Shown: piece after piece, positions 37,321-46,814 of the stretch
Numbering within the stretch: the stretch's first letter is position 1
How the letters are laid out: every line of letters begins with the position of its first letter
Assembly (NCBI GenBank): GCA_044356655.1
Contig: JBIKVV010000001.1
Span: 74,355-138,354, forward strand
DNA: 64,000 bases
Direction of reading: 5' to 3'
DNA from: Ilumatobacteraceae bacterium
GTDB taxonomy: Bacteria; Actinomycetota; Acidimicrobiia; Acidimicrobiales; Ilumatobacteraceae
Program-made: the position numbers and the translations under genes
Notes under the pieces: model-generated
Told to the model about the DNA's origin: nothing
What the model saw: only the letters and a program-made list of their open reading frames with translations
Databases searched by the model: none

Positions 37321-37716
37321 TTACTTCGCGGGCGCCGATTTGGTTTCGGTTTTTGTGGCTGGCGCCGCAGTTGTCGTGCTTGAGTTCGAACTCGAATCTG
37401 AGCCACTCGAACTCGACGACTCACTCGTCTTGCTGGTTGTTGTGTCGCTGGTTGAGCCCGAAGTCGAGCCGCCAGTTGTGCCAGTCGTTGAGCTCACCGA
37501 AGTGCCCGACGTTGCAGTCTTGCCCGAAGTGGCGCTGTCGGTTTTGTAAAAACCTCCGCCCTTAAAAGTTATGCCAACAGGAGTGAAAACTTTTTTGACA
37601 GGTCGCGGCTTGCCATCTGATGGGTGCGGCGCCTGTGTCAACGCATCGTCGCTGAATGCCTGATAGATCTCAATGGTCTCGCCAGAGTCAATGAACTTGT
37701 AAACATAAGTCGGCAT
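37321..37716 (-). CDS. FmdB-family (CxxC_CxxC_SSSS-type) homologue lacking all four zinc-ligand cysteines
   Basis: The blocks MPTYVYKF...AFSDDALT...VKKVF..VGITFKGGGFYKTDS align with the FmdB core, followed by a Ser/Thr/Gly-rich tail. There is no Cys anywhere in the 131 aa. Confidence 0.7.
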   Translation of the reverse strand: MPTYVYKFIDSGETIEIYQAFSDDALTQAPHPSDGKPRPVKKVFTPVGITFKGGGFYKTDSATSGKTATSGTSVSSTTGTTGGSTSGSTSDTTTSKTSESSSSSGSDSSSNSSTTTAAPATKTETKSAPAK

Positions 37717-37742
37717 AGGGCTTTTGATTCTAGGATGACAGT

Positions 37743-38552
37743 GTGGCTGTGCGCACTGCTGTTATTCCTGCAGCCGGAATGGGCACACGCTTCTTGCCCG
37801 CCACCCGCGCCATACCCAAAGAATTGCTACCTATATATGACACGCCAGCGCTGCAGTTTGTGATTGATGAGGCTGCCCAAGCGGGCTGCACTCGCGTTGT
37901 GATCGTCACCAGCCGAGCCAAGCCGTCGATTGAGAATTACGCATCTGCAGCCAGCACCGACAAAGTCGCAGTCAGCGTCGTTTATCAAGATTCGCCGTTG
38001 GGTTTAGGTCACGCGGTGACCTGTGCGCACCAAGCCGTTGGCGACGAACCATTTTTGGTGATGTTGCCCGACGAAATAATGGGTGACGCCTCGTTGACCA
38101 AACAACTGATAGCGCTCTACGAACAATCTGGCAAGAGCAGCATTGGATTAAAACGAGTTGCAGTCGCTGAAGTCTCGAATTATGGCAATGTCAAAGTTGC
38201 GAGCGACGCGAGCAGCACAGATTCTTCAGTCGCAATTTTGCAAGTTGTTGAAAAACCGAAACCTGCTGACGCAGTTAGCGACATCGTGATCATCGGTCGT
38301 TATGTTTTGTCGCCCAAGGTTTTTGAAAAACTCGAACAGATTAAACCCAGTTCGAACGGCGAGTTGCAGTTGACCGATGCGTTGGCGATGCTGGCAAGTG
38401 AGAACGCCTTGGTTGGTGTTGTTAGTGAGATAACTCGGTACGACACTGGCACGCCGATGGGGCTTTTGCGTGCAGTCATCGAGATTGCTCTCGAGCGAAA
38501 AGACATTGGGCCGCAATTGAACTCTTGGCTCAAAGAGAAATTCAACAAATAG
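37743..38552 (+). CDS. galU: UTP--glucose-1-phosphate uridylyltransferase
   Basis: 269 aa with AVIPAAGMGTRFLPATRAIPKELLPI. GTG start. Confidence 0.9.
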   Translation: MAVRTAVIPAAGMGTRFLPATRAIPKELLPIYDTPALQFVIDEAAQAGCTRVVIVTSRAKPSIENYASAASTDKVAVSVVYQDSPLGLGHAVTCAHQAVGDEPFLVMLPDEIMGDASLTKQLIALYEQSGKSSIGLKRVAVAEVSNYGNVKVASDASSTDSSVAILQVVEKPKPADAVSDIVIIGRYVLSPKVFEKLEQIKPSSNGELQLTDALAMLASENALVGVVSEITRYDTGTPMGLLRAVIEIALERKDIGPQLNSWLKEKFNK

Positions 38553-38568
38553 TTTAAGGTCGGGAGTT

Positions 38569-39807
38569 ATGTCTAAAAATTTTGGGGCGACGGTAGATGC
38601 CAAAGAAGTCGGTCTTGACGCAACGCGACTAAAAAATATAGACAATCACTTCAATCGCTATGTCGATGAAGGTCGCTTGGCTGGTTACGCGGTCGCCGTT
38701 GCGCGACACGGCAAAGTTGCGCACTTCGGAATGTATGGCAACAAAGAGTCTGAAACTGGTGCGCCAATCACCGACGACACGATCTATCGCATCTTTTCGA
38801 TGACCAAGCCGATCACCTCGATCGCGTTAATGATGTTGGTCGAGCGTGGTTTGCTGCAACTCACCGACCCAGTGAGCAAATTTATACCGTCATTTGGCGA
38901 AACTCGAGTTTGGAATACCGGCACGGTGTTAAAGCCGCTGACAAATGCATTAACCGAGCCAATTCGCATTTGGCATCTGCTGACTCACACGGCAGGCATG
39001 ACTTACGGCTTCATGTATACAGATGTTGTTGACGACATGTATCGTCGCGCTGGTTTCGAAGCAGGCTTGGCTTACAAAGATTCGCTCGAAGTTGTCTGCG
39101 ATAAATATGCAGCGTTGCCACTTTTGTTTCAGCCTGGCTCAAGTTGGAACTACAGCGTGGCAACCGACATCGTGGGCCGCGTCGTTGAAGTTGTTGGCAA
39201 AATGCCACTCGACGAATTCTTCGACAAAAATATTTTTCAGCCACTCGAAATGCATGACACCGGGTTTTGGGTGTCGAATGACAAAAACGATCGAGTCGCA
39301 TCGCTTTATCGTTATGACGAAGCAACACACAAAAAGGCAAAACTAAGCAGTTATGGCAACAACGCTCTTGAGAAGCCGGTGTTTTTGTCGGGCGGTGGCG
39401 GTTTAGTTTCAACTGCGGGTGACTACTTTAAGTTCATTCGCATGCTCGAAGGTCGGGGTAAGTCGGGCAATGTGCAACTTCTGTCATCGCGAACTTTCGA
39501 AATGATGGTGATGAATCATTTGCCGAATAACGCCGACATTTCAACTTTCGGCCGACCACTCGGCGAAGAAATTTTTTATGATGGCTTGGGTTTTGGTCTT
39601 GGGTTTTCTGTCGTTGTCGATCAGGCTAAAACTCGCGTGGCATGCCCGAATGGCACGTTTGGTTGGGGTGGCATGGCCAGCACTGCATTTTGGGTTGACC
39701 CAGTTAACGAGATCAGCGCGATGTTCTTCACACAGTTGATTCCGTCGAGCACGTATCCGATTCGGCAGTATTTGCGTTCGCTGGTTTACGCCGCCGTCAC
39801 TGACTAG
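38569..39807 (+). CDS. Serine hydrolase of the beta-lactamase/transpeptidase-like family
   Basis: 412 aa with the SxxK motif FSMTKPITS. Confidence 0.8.
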   Translation: MSKNFGATVDAKEVGLDATRLKNIDNHFNRYVDEGRLAGYAVAVARHGKVAHFGMYGNKESETGAPITDDTIYRIFSMTKPITSIALMMLVERGLLQLTDPVSKFIPSFGETRVWNTGTVLKPLTNALTEPIRIWHLLTHTAGMTYGFMYTDVVDDMYRRAGFEAGLAYKDSLEVVCDKYAALPLLFQPGSSWNYSVATDIVGRVVEVVGKMPLDEFFDKNIFQPLEMHDTGFWVSNDKNDRVASLYRYDEATHKKAKLSSYGNNALEKPVFLSGGGGLVSTAGDYFKFIRMLEGRGKSGNVQLLSSRTFEMMVMNHLPNNADISTFGRPLGEEIFYDGLGFGLGFSVVVDQAKTRVACPNGTFGWGGMASTAFWVDPVNEISAMFFTQLIPSSTYPIRQYLRSLVYAAVTD

Positions 39808-39825
39808 TTCAAACTCACGCAAAAA

Positions 39826-40392
39826 CTACGCGATGCGCTGAAATTGATTCGGTTCGTCCAGAACGAACCCGAACTCGTCAACTGTTGCCTCAACTTCGCA
39901 ATTTGCAGCGACGCTGAAATAGCGCCAAGTGTTTGACGAAATTTTCGTGTATTTCTGAGTTTGCTTTGTAATGCTGAGAGTTTCAATATCGATGATTGCA
40001 ACGCTGATCGTTGCGCTGTGACCAACAAGCAGTGGCAATCGCCGAATCGGAATGCAATTTGTGAACGGTGTGTTGATGAAATCGATGTCGGTACAGCCGT
40101 CTAACTCGGTGCGGTGGGCGCCGTTCATCTCACCCCAGCGACCGTGACTATCGGTGCCAAGCCAAAGATCTGGGTCATCAAGATCGCGAAACAACAGACA
40201 CTGCTGCACCGTCCAGCCCGCTGAAAGTCGCAACACGAATTGTGCGTTATCAACGCCGAGTGTGCCTTCGGCTGTCCAGCCTTCGTTCTCCCAGCGCAAC
40301 TTCACTTGGCTCGTCGCATTATTGAGATCTGGGACAACATTCTGCCAAGCCAGCGTGTGGCCCGAAGCTGAAAGCGATTGAAAGCCGTTCAT
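39826..40392 (-). CDS. Putative glycolipid-binding domain protein (DUF1089-like)
   Basis: 188 aa. The W..GW.AEG...F.L and DIDF..TPFTN.IPIRRL patterns match my recollection of this family. Confidence 0.6.
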   Translation of the reverse strand: MNGFQSLSASGHTLAWQNVVPDLNNATSQVKLRWENEGWTAEGTLGVDNAQFVLRLSAGWTVQQCLLFRDLDDPDLWLGTDSHGRWGEMNGAHRTELDGCTDIDFINTPFTNCIPIRRLPLLVGHSATISVAIIDIETLSITKQTQKYTKISSNTWRYFSVAANCEVEATVDEFGFVLDEPNQFQRIA

Positions 40393-40436
40393 AACTATGA
40401 GCCTGCCACCATATCTGTGGCGATACCGTCAGCCAT

Positions 40437-41654
40437 GTGATTTCTCTGGTTGAAGCGCAAGAAATCGTGATCGGTGGATGCGAGCCCGTCGCGCCCGTAG
40501 CAGTCGACTGTCAATTGATGTCGGGCCGTGTTGTTGCTCAAGATGTCGTCGCAACCGAGTTCATTCCGCCGTTTGCCAACACCGCAGTCGACGGTTTTGC
40601 CGTGCGCGCACACGACGTAACAACTGCTGGTGTCGAACTTGAAGTTCTGGGTGTGATTGGTGCTGGGCATGTGGCGAGTTATGAAATTGGTGCGGGGCAG
40701 TCAGCGCGAATTATGACAGGCGCACCGATGCCACGAGGCGCAGATGCCGTCGTGATGATTGAAGATGCGACCGTGCTCAGCACAACGCGAGTGCGCTTCA
40801 ACAAACCAGCAAAAGCAGGCGATGCAATTCGCGAAATCGGTGAAGATGTGCGCGCAGGAGATGTCGTCTTCAAATCAGGCGAAGTGATCAACGCCGCGGG
40901 CATTGGCGTGTTGGCAGGTATCAATGCACGCAAAGTTTTGTCATACCCGAAGTTGCGCGTAGCGATGCTGTCAACTGGCGATGAGCTAGTGATTGACGGC
41001 TCAGAACTAAAACCTGGCCAAATTCGCGAAAGCAATTTAACGATGCTGGCAGAGATGATCAGTTCAACGGGTTGTGAAGTAATAAATCTCGGTATCGTCG
41101 CCGATGACGAAGCAGTACTTGAAAGCAAACTTCGCGAAGTTGCAACGAAGTGTGATGCGATCGTCACGAGTGGCGGCGTTGGTCAAGGTGATTTTGATGT
41201 TGTGAAAATTGTTTTGTCACGCATTGCCGAAATGAACTGGATGCAGATGGCAATCAAACCGGCGAAACCGTTTGCTTTCGGCAAATTTAAGACCAGTGAC
41301 GCAAGAAACATCCCAATCTTTGGTTTGCCTGGCAACCCTGTTTCGTCGATGATTAGTTTCGAATTGTTGGCTCGCCCCGCCCTGCGCAAAATGATGGGGC
41401 ACACGCAGAACCTCACTCGGCAAACGGTGCGTGCAATTGTCGATGCACCAATGAAGCGCAAACAAGACGGCAAAATTCATTTCATGCGCGTGTTCGGCGA
41501 ATTCGCAGATGATGGTCGATTGCATGTTCGCGACACTGGCCCGCAGGGCAGCCATCAACTCGCCGCGACATCGCAGGCAAATGGTTTGGCGATTGTGCCT
41601 GATGGTCAGGGTTTACCAGTAGGTGCTGAAGTCGACGTGATGTTGCTGAGTTAA
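40437..41654 (+). CDS. moeA: Molybdopterin molybdenumtransferase
   Basis: 405 aa with the MoeA domain order, STGDELV and TSGGVGQGDFD. Confidence 0.9.
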   Translation: MISLVEAQEIVIGGCEPVAPVAVDCQLMSGRVVAQDVVATEFIPPFANTAVDGFAVRAHDVTTAGVELEVLGVIGAGHVASYEIGAGQSARIMTGAPMPRGADAVVMIEDATVLSTTRVRFNKPAKAGDAIREIGEDVRAGDVVFKSGEVINAAGIGVLAGINARKVLSYPKLRVAMLSTGDELVIDGSELKPGQIRESNLTMLAEMISSTGCEVINLGIVADDEAVLESKLREVATKCDAIVTSGGVGQGDFDVVKIVLSRIAEMNWMQMAIKPAKPFAFGKFKTSDARNIPIFGLPGNPVSSMISFELLARPALRKMMGHTQNLTRQTVRAIVDAPMKRKQDGKIHFMRVFGEFADDGRLHVRDTGPQGSHQLAATSQANGLAIVPDGQGLPVGAEVDVMLLS

Positions 41655-41702
41655 ATGACTAGTAATAGGCTCAGTCAATGGAGTTGCTGACGTGAGATTT
41701 TT

Positions 41703-42722
41703 GTGGAATTAATTGACCCGTTTGGGCGAACTGTTCGCGATTTGCGAATTTCGATAACTGATCGCTGCAATTTTCGCTGCACATATTGCATGCCAGAAGA
41801 AGGCATGACATGGCTCGACCGCGACCAGATTTTGACATTCGAAGAGATTGAGCGTCTGGCGACGATTTGTGTGCATCGATTTGACGTCGACAGCATTCGT
41901 TTGACTGGTGGTGAACCAACAGTGCGAGCGCACCTGCCGATGTTGGTCGAAAAACTGGCGCAACTCAAAGTGCCAAGCACAGCCAAGTCGCCTCTGGCAG
42001 GCAAAAACATTGATATTGCGCTCACAACGAACGGCGCAACGCTTCGACTTATTGCCGACGATCTGAAAGCCGCTGGTCTGTCGCGCATCAACATCAGCCT
42101 CGACACCTTGCAAAGCGAAAGGTTTTTCGAAATCACGCGTCGCAACCATTTAGACAACGTTCTAGACGGTATTGACGCAGCGATTCAGGCAGGTTTTTCG
42201 CCAGTCAAGATCAATGCAGTCATTCAGCGCGGGGTCAACGACGATGAAATTTTGGCCCTGGCAAGTTTTGGTCGCGATAAAAAAGTTGAAGTGCGATTTA
42301 TTGAATTCATGCCGCTCGACGCGCAAGGTCAGTGGCAAAGCAAAGACGTCGTCGGCCAAGACGAAATTGTTGCAACTATAAATAGTGTCTTCCCGCTTGA
42401 GCAGGTCGCATCGCGTGGTGCCGCACCTGCAGATCGCTGGCGATATCTTGACGGCGCAGGCACAGTTGGCGTCATTCCGTCGGTGACAAAACCTTTCTGT
42501 GGCGACTGCGATCGTGTGCGCTTGACCGCCGAAGGTCAGTTTCGCACTTGTTTGTTTTCGACGACTGAGTTCGACTTGCGGGCGATGTTGCGCGGCGGCG
42601 CGACCGACGATGCGATCGCAGCCGAAATCGCACGAGCAGTCGGCACAAAGTGGGCGGGTCACTCAATTGGAAACGTCACATTCGTGCGCCCGAAACGCTC
42701 AATGAGCCAGATCGGCGGCTAA
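41703..42722 (+). CDS. moaA: GTP 3',8-cyclase (radical SAM)
   Basis: 339 aa with the CNFRCTYCMP cluster motif and the C-terminal CGDCDRVRLTAEG. GTG start. Confidence 0.92.
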   Translation: MELIDPFGRTVRDLRISITDRCNFRCTYCMPEEGMTWLDRDQILTFEEIERLATICVHRFDVDSIRLTGGEPTVRAHLPMLVEKLAQLKVPSTAKSPLAGKNIDIALTTNGATLRLIADDLKAAGLSRINISLDTLQSERFFEITRRNHLDNVLDGIDAAIQAGFSPVKINAVIQRGVNDDEILALASFGRDKKVEVRFIEFMPLDAQGQWQSKDVVGQDEIVATINSVFPLEQVASRGAAPADRWRYLDGAGTVGVIPSVTKPFCGDCDRVRLTAEGQFRTCLFSTTEFDLRAMLRGGATDDAIAAEIARAVGTKWAGHSIGNVTFVRPKRSMSQIGG

Positions 42723-42737
42723 ACATGATCGAGATTC

Positions 42738-43220
42738 GTGATGTCTGAACTAAATTTTTCGCATCTTGACCCGATGGGTCGAGCCCGCATGGTTGATGTA
42801 ACACCAAAAGAGCCGACACATCGTCGTGCGGTTGCGCGTTGCAAAGTTTTTATGAAGCCTGAAACAACGGCTGCAATTGCCAACCGCGAAGTTAAAAAAG
42901 GTGATGTGCTCGCGGTTGCCCGCGTGGCTGGCATTCAGGCGTCAAAGCGAACTGCCGAGATGATTCCGCTTTGTCATCCGCTTTTGGTTGGCGCGGTTTA
43001 TATCAACTTCGAAATAGGCGACGACCACATCGCAGTCGAGGCTCAAGTCGACACCATTGATCGCACCGGGGTCGAAATGGAAGCGCTGCATGCCTGTTCT
43101 GTTGCGGCCCTCACGATCTACGACATGTGCAAGAGCGCCGACCGAGCCATGGTGATTGGCGAGCTCACATTGTGGGAGAAAACTGGCGGGCGACAAGGCA
43201 CCTATCGGCGCGAGGCCTAG
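42738..43220 (+). CDS. moaC: Cyclic pyranopterin monophosphate synthase
   Basis: 160 aa with MVDVT.K and IPLCHPL. Confidence 0.92.
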   Translation: MMSELNFSHLDPMGRARMVDVTPKEPTHRRAVARCKVFMKPETTAAIANREVKKGDVLAVARVAGIQASKRTAEMIPLCHPLLVGAVYINFEIGDDHIAVEAQVDTIDRTGVEMEALHACSVAALTIYDMCKSADRAMVIGELTLWEKTGGRQGTYRREA

Positions 43221-43330
43221 GTCGGGCGCGCAGGCTTATCCGCAATAATTGGCGGTAAACCCCTTATTTTTAGGGCTCCGAGCGACTTGGGTAGCGATTT
43301 CGTTCACCCGTAATACACTTAAGAGACCCC

Positions 43331-43855
43331 ATGAGCAAGTTGATTCTTCTGATCGTTGGCGCCGCGTGGCTCGCAGTTCTTTTGCCGCCGATTTTGCGCG
43401 CCCGCATTAATAATTCGCCGAACATGTCTGTGAGCGCTTTTAGGCGCAATTTGTCGAGCCTGCAGAATTCGAACCTTCGTCACCCGCAGGCCCAATTGCG
43501 AGGCATGTCGCGAGAACTCGCGCCAAACCAAATGCGCTCGCGTCAGGCCAGCCAGTTTTCGCATTTGACCGGCCCAATTTTGCGACCTCAAGGCACCCGC
43601 TCGCACCAGCCAAACTCGGGCGAGTTCTATGCCCGTGAACTAGTTCGCCAACGCCGTCAACACACTGTCGTTGGTCTTGCTTCGGCAGCCGTTATCTCGC
43701 TTTTCTTGGCGTTTACAACAGGGTCGATCGTCTTGGTATATGCGTTTACACTCAGCCTCATAGCCCTGATCGGCTATTGCTATTGGCTAGTGCAACTTCG
43801 CGTGCAACGCGACAGTTCTCGCTATATGCGCCAGTTTCGCAACCGCGCCGCCTAA
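43331..43855 (+). CDS. Hypothetical membrane protein
   Basis: 174 aa. An N-terminal transmembrane segment, a Gln/Arg/Ser-rich middle region and two C-terminal transmembrane segments. Confidence 0.6.
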   Translation: MSKLILLIVGAAWLAVLLPPILRARINNSPNMSVSAFRRNLSSLQNSNLRHPQAQLRGMSRELAPNQMRSRQASQFSHLTGPILRPQGTRSHQPNSGEFYARELVRQRRQHTVVGLASAAVISLFLAFTTGSIVLVYAFTLSLIALIGYCYWLVQLRVQRDSSRYMRQFRNRAA

Positions 43856-43871
43856 GCATCTCGTTCGTTTC

Positions 43872-43944
43872 GGGGCTGTAGCTCAGTTGCCAGAGCGGTA
43901 CGTTCGCAATGTACATGCCAGGGTTTCAATTCCCCTCAGCTCCA
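43872..43944 (+). tRNA. tRNA-Ala (anticodon CGC)
   Basis: Manual cloverleaf. Acceptor GGGGCTG/CAGCTCC with the G3-U70 identity pair. D arm GCTC-AGTTGCCA-GAGC. Anticodon stem GTACG/TGTAC with loop TTCGCAA. T arm AGGGT-TTCAATT-CCCCT, with a 53-61 mismatch. No CCA is encoded. Confidence 0.8.
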
Positions 43945-44023
43945 CAATTTGCGGTTAGGCGCTGACGACAGCCGAGTGGCACAATATCTGAGTGCAAAAA
44001 AGGCCGACTCGGGGGTTTAAAAA

Positions 44024-45742
44024 ATGGCAATGACATGGACTGAAGCCAACTTGGCGGTAACCGCCCCAGGGCAGATTTTCGAACTTGTCGACGCCGAAGT
44101 CATGGGGGTCAAGACACAGATTTTCAAGAATGCTCCCGCACACTTGGGTCAAGTTTTCGCTGGTGCGCGCGGTCACGGCGAAAAGACATTCTTGGTTTAC
44201 GAAGGCGAGTCATACACATTCACCCAAGCAATGGATCAAATCGACGCGCTGTCGAATCTGCTCGTGAACACTTATGGCGTCAAGAAAGGCGATCGAGTTG
44301 CTGTCGCGATGCGCAATTATCCCGAATGGGTGATGTCGTTTGCGTCGATCATTTCAGTTGGCGCAGTTTCTGTGTCGATGAACTCTTGGTGGGTCGAAGA
44401 CGAAATGGACTTCGCGTTGCAAGACTCTGGCGCAACAGTTTTGATTTGCGATCAACAGCGCTTTGATATTGCTGCGGCAAGTTGCAAGAAACTCGGTGTC
44501 AAAGTTTTGGTTGTGCGCGCTGAAAAGCCGCTGCCTGCAGGTGTCGACAAATGGCAAGATGCCTTGGCGCCACATTTGAAGGCTGCGCTCAAGTGTCCGG
44601 TTGTCGAAATTAAGTCTGATGACGACGCAACGATTCTTTACACCTCGGGCACGACTGGTCGCCCTAAAGGTGCGGTGTCGACGCATCGTGCGGTTATTTC
44701 TGCATTGATGGCATTTTCTTCGCGCAATTCAGTGCTGACTATGTCGGGTACGAAGTTGAAAGAAGTGACTGGCCCAGAAGTGCCAACTTCATTTATATTG
44801 ATCGTGCCGCTGTTTCACGTCACTGGTTGCGTGCCAGTAATGATGAGTTGCTTTATCGCTGGTTTGAAACTTGCGATTATGTACAAATGGGATGCCGAGA
44901 AGGCTCTCGAGATGATTGAGCGCGAAAAAATCACAAACTTTGTTGGTGTGCCCACACAAAGTTGGGATCTCGTGAATTCTCCGGCTTTCGATAAGTACGA
45001 CACTTCGAGTTTGCGTGCAGTTGGTGGTGGCGGTGCACCTTCGCCAACTTCGCTAGTCGGCAAAGTTAACGACAAAGTCAAAAACGGCAGCCCGCAGTTG
45101 GGTTACGGCATGACTGAGACAAACGCGTTTGGTCCTGGCATCACGGGTTCTGATTATTTATCTCACCCGACGAGCACGGGTCGCGCAGTGTTGCCGATGC
45201 GAGTTGAAGTGCGCGACGAAAATCTGAAGCCTCTGCCGACTGGCCAAGCCGGTGAGATTTGGTTCTTCGGCCCGATGTTGATTCGTGGATACTGGAACCG
45301 CCCCGATGCAACCGCAGAGACGATTGTTGACGGGTGGTTGCGCTCAGGTGACATCGGTCGGCTTGATGCCGATGGTTTCGTTTATGTCGAAGACCGCGTG
45401 AAAGACATGATCATTCGCGCCGGTGAAAATATCTACGGCGCCGAAGTTGAGAGTGTGATTTACGACTACCCAGCGGTACACGAAGCTGCAGTTTTCGGCG
45501 TGCCTCACGAGCGCCTCGGTGAAGAAGTTGGTGTTGCTATTTTGTCAAAAGATGGCTTGGCTCTTGATCCAAAAGATTTATGGAAGTTTCTTGAGGGCAA
45601 AATTGGCGCTCACAAGATTCCTGTTCACGTCGTGGTGATGACCGAGCCACTGCCGCGCAATGCGGCTGGCAAGTTCTTGAAGCGCGAGTTGCAACAACGC
45701 CTCGCTAAAGGCGAACTCAAAGCCGTTTCGCGCACGAATTAA
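44024..45742 (+). CDS. AMP-dependent acyl-CoA synthetase/ligase
   Basis: 572 aa with the AMP-binding motif ILYTSGTTGRPKGAV, YGMTET and GWLRSGDIG. Confidence 0.88.
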   Translation: MAMTWTEANLAVTAPGQIFELVDAEVMGVKTQIFKNAPAHLGQVFAGARGHGEKTFLVYEGESYTFTQAMDQIDALSNLLVNTYGVKKGDRVAVAMRNYPEWVMSFASIISVGAVSVSMNSWWVEDEMDFALQDSGATVLICDQQRFDIAAASCKKLGVKVLVVRAEKPLPAGVDKWQDALAPHLKAALKCPVVEIKSDDDATILYTSGTTGRPKGAVSTHRAVISALMAFSSRNSVLTMSGTKLKEVTGPEVPTSFILIVPLFHVTGCVPVMMSCFIAGLKLAIMYKWDAEKALEMIEREKITNFVGVPTQSWDLVNSPAFDKYDTSSLRAVGGGGAPSPTSLVGKVNDKVKNGSPQLGYGMTETNAFGPGITGSDYLSHPTSTGRAVLPMRVEVRDENLKPLPTGQAGEIWFFGPMLIRGYWNRPDATAETIVDGWLRSGDIGRLDADGFVYVEDRVKDMIIRAGENIYGAEVESVIYDYPAVHEAAVFGVPHERLGEEVGVAILSKDGLALDPKDLWKFLEGKIGAHKIPVHVVVMTEPLPRNAAGKFLKRELQQRLAKGELKAVSRTN

Positions 45743-45749
45743 ATATCGC

Positions 45750-46766
45750 GTGCCACCGGTAAATCTCACAAATGTTGAAGGCGTAAGCCTTGATGCGTTG
45801 ACGATCGGCAACGCGCTAGTTGACGTTTTGGCAACCGTTGACGAAGGCTTTTTAGTTCGTGAAAACATCGTCAAAGGTTCGATGAATCTTGTCGACATTA
45901 AGCGGTCGAAGCATTTGCATTCGCTTGTTAATTCACGCACCGAGATGAGTGGTGGTTCGGCAGCAAACACGGCTTACGGTTTAGCGAGCCTCGGTGGCAA
46001 GGCGGGTTTCATCGGCAAAATTTCAGCCGATCGATTGGGCGAGTCGTTCTCGCATGACCTCGACACTGTAGGCGTCAAGTTCTTTCCTGGTGTTACTTGC
46101 GAGACTGAAGACACCGGTCGATGTTTGATCGTCGTCACGCCCGACGGCAATCGCACGATGAACACATTTCTCGGCGCGGCCTCGTTGCTTGATGCTGCCG
46201 ATATTTCTAAGTCGGCGGTGCAGAGTGCGGCGGTTGTATTTCTTGAAGGTTATTTGTTCGACAAAGATGCGGCCAAAGAGGCTTTTCGTACGGCGGCCGA
46301 ATATGCGCATGCGGCTGGTCGAAAAGTCGCGCTTACTCTTTCAGATTCGTTTTGTGTAGATCGACATCGCGCCGATTTTTTATCACTGGTGAAAAACGAT
46401 ATTGATATTTTGTTTTCGAATGAAGACGAACTTAAGGCGCTGTATCAAGTTGATTCGATCAATGACGGGCTACATCAGTTGCGTGATAATTGTGAGTTTG
46501 CCGCCGTAACACGCAATGAGCACGGTTCGGTCGTTATCGACGGCGATGAAGTCGTGATTATCGATGCTGAACCCGTTGACAGTGTGGTTGATGCGACGGG
46601 TGCTGGCGATATGTATGCGGCAGGTTTTTTATACGGGTTTGTGCGCGGAAAGCCGATTGAACAGTGCGGCAAAATAGGTTCAATCGTTGCTTCAGAGGTA
46701 ATCACTCACATGGGGCCAAGGCCACTTGTGCCCCTAACTACTGTTGTGCCGAAGAGTCTCTATTAG
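45750..46766 (+). CDS. PfkB-family carbohydrate/adenosine kinase
   Basis: 338 aa with GGSAANTAYGLASLGG and DATGAGDMYAAGFLYG. GTG start. Confidence 0.85.
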   Translation: MPPVNLTNVEGVSLDALTIGNALVDVLATVDEGFLVRENIVKGSMNLVDIKRSKHLHSLVNSRTEMSGGSAANTAYGLASLGGKAGFIGKISADRLGESFSHDLDTVGVKFFPGVTCETEDTGRCLIVVTPDGNRTMNTFLGAASLLDAADISKSAVQSAAVVFLEGYLFDKDAAKEAFRTAAEYAHAAGRKVALTLSDSFCVDRHRADFLSLVKNDIDILFSNEDELKALYQVDSINDGLHQLRDNCEFAAVTRNEHGSVVIDGDEVVIIDAEPVDSVVDATGAGDMYAAGFLYGFVRGKPIEQCGKIGSIVASEVITHMGPRPLVPLTTVVPKSLY

Positions 46767-46774
46767 TTAACTTC

Positions 46775-46814
46775 AGAACTGGATTAAATACCACAGAACT
46801 AGATTAAATACCAC
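46775..46814. repeat. Two tandem 20-nt copies (AGAACTRGATTAAATACCAC)
   Basis: 46775-46794 and 46795-46814 are 19/20 identical. The second copy supplies the left arm of the terminator hairpin. Confidence 0.9.

Noticed and set aside
37151-37565. Plus-strand ORFs (132, 100 and 60 aa) opposite the SAF-domain/FmdB-like region.
   Set aside because: They are mirror ORFs of the Ser/Thr/Gly-rich tail of the FmdB-like gene and of the GC-rich spacer. They are low-complexity only.
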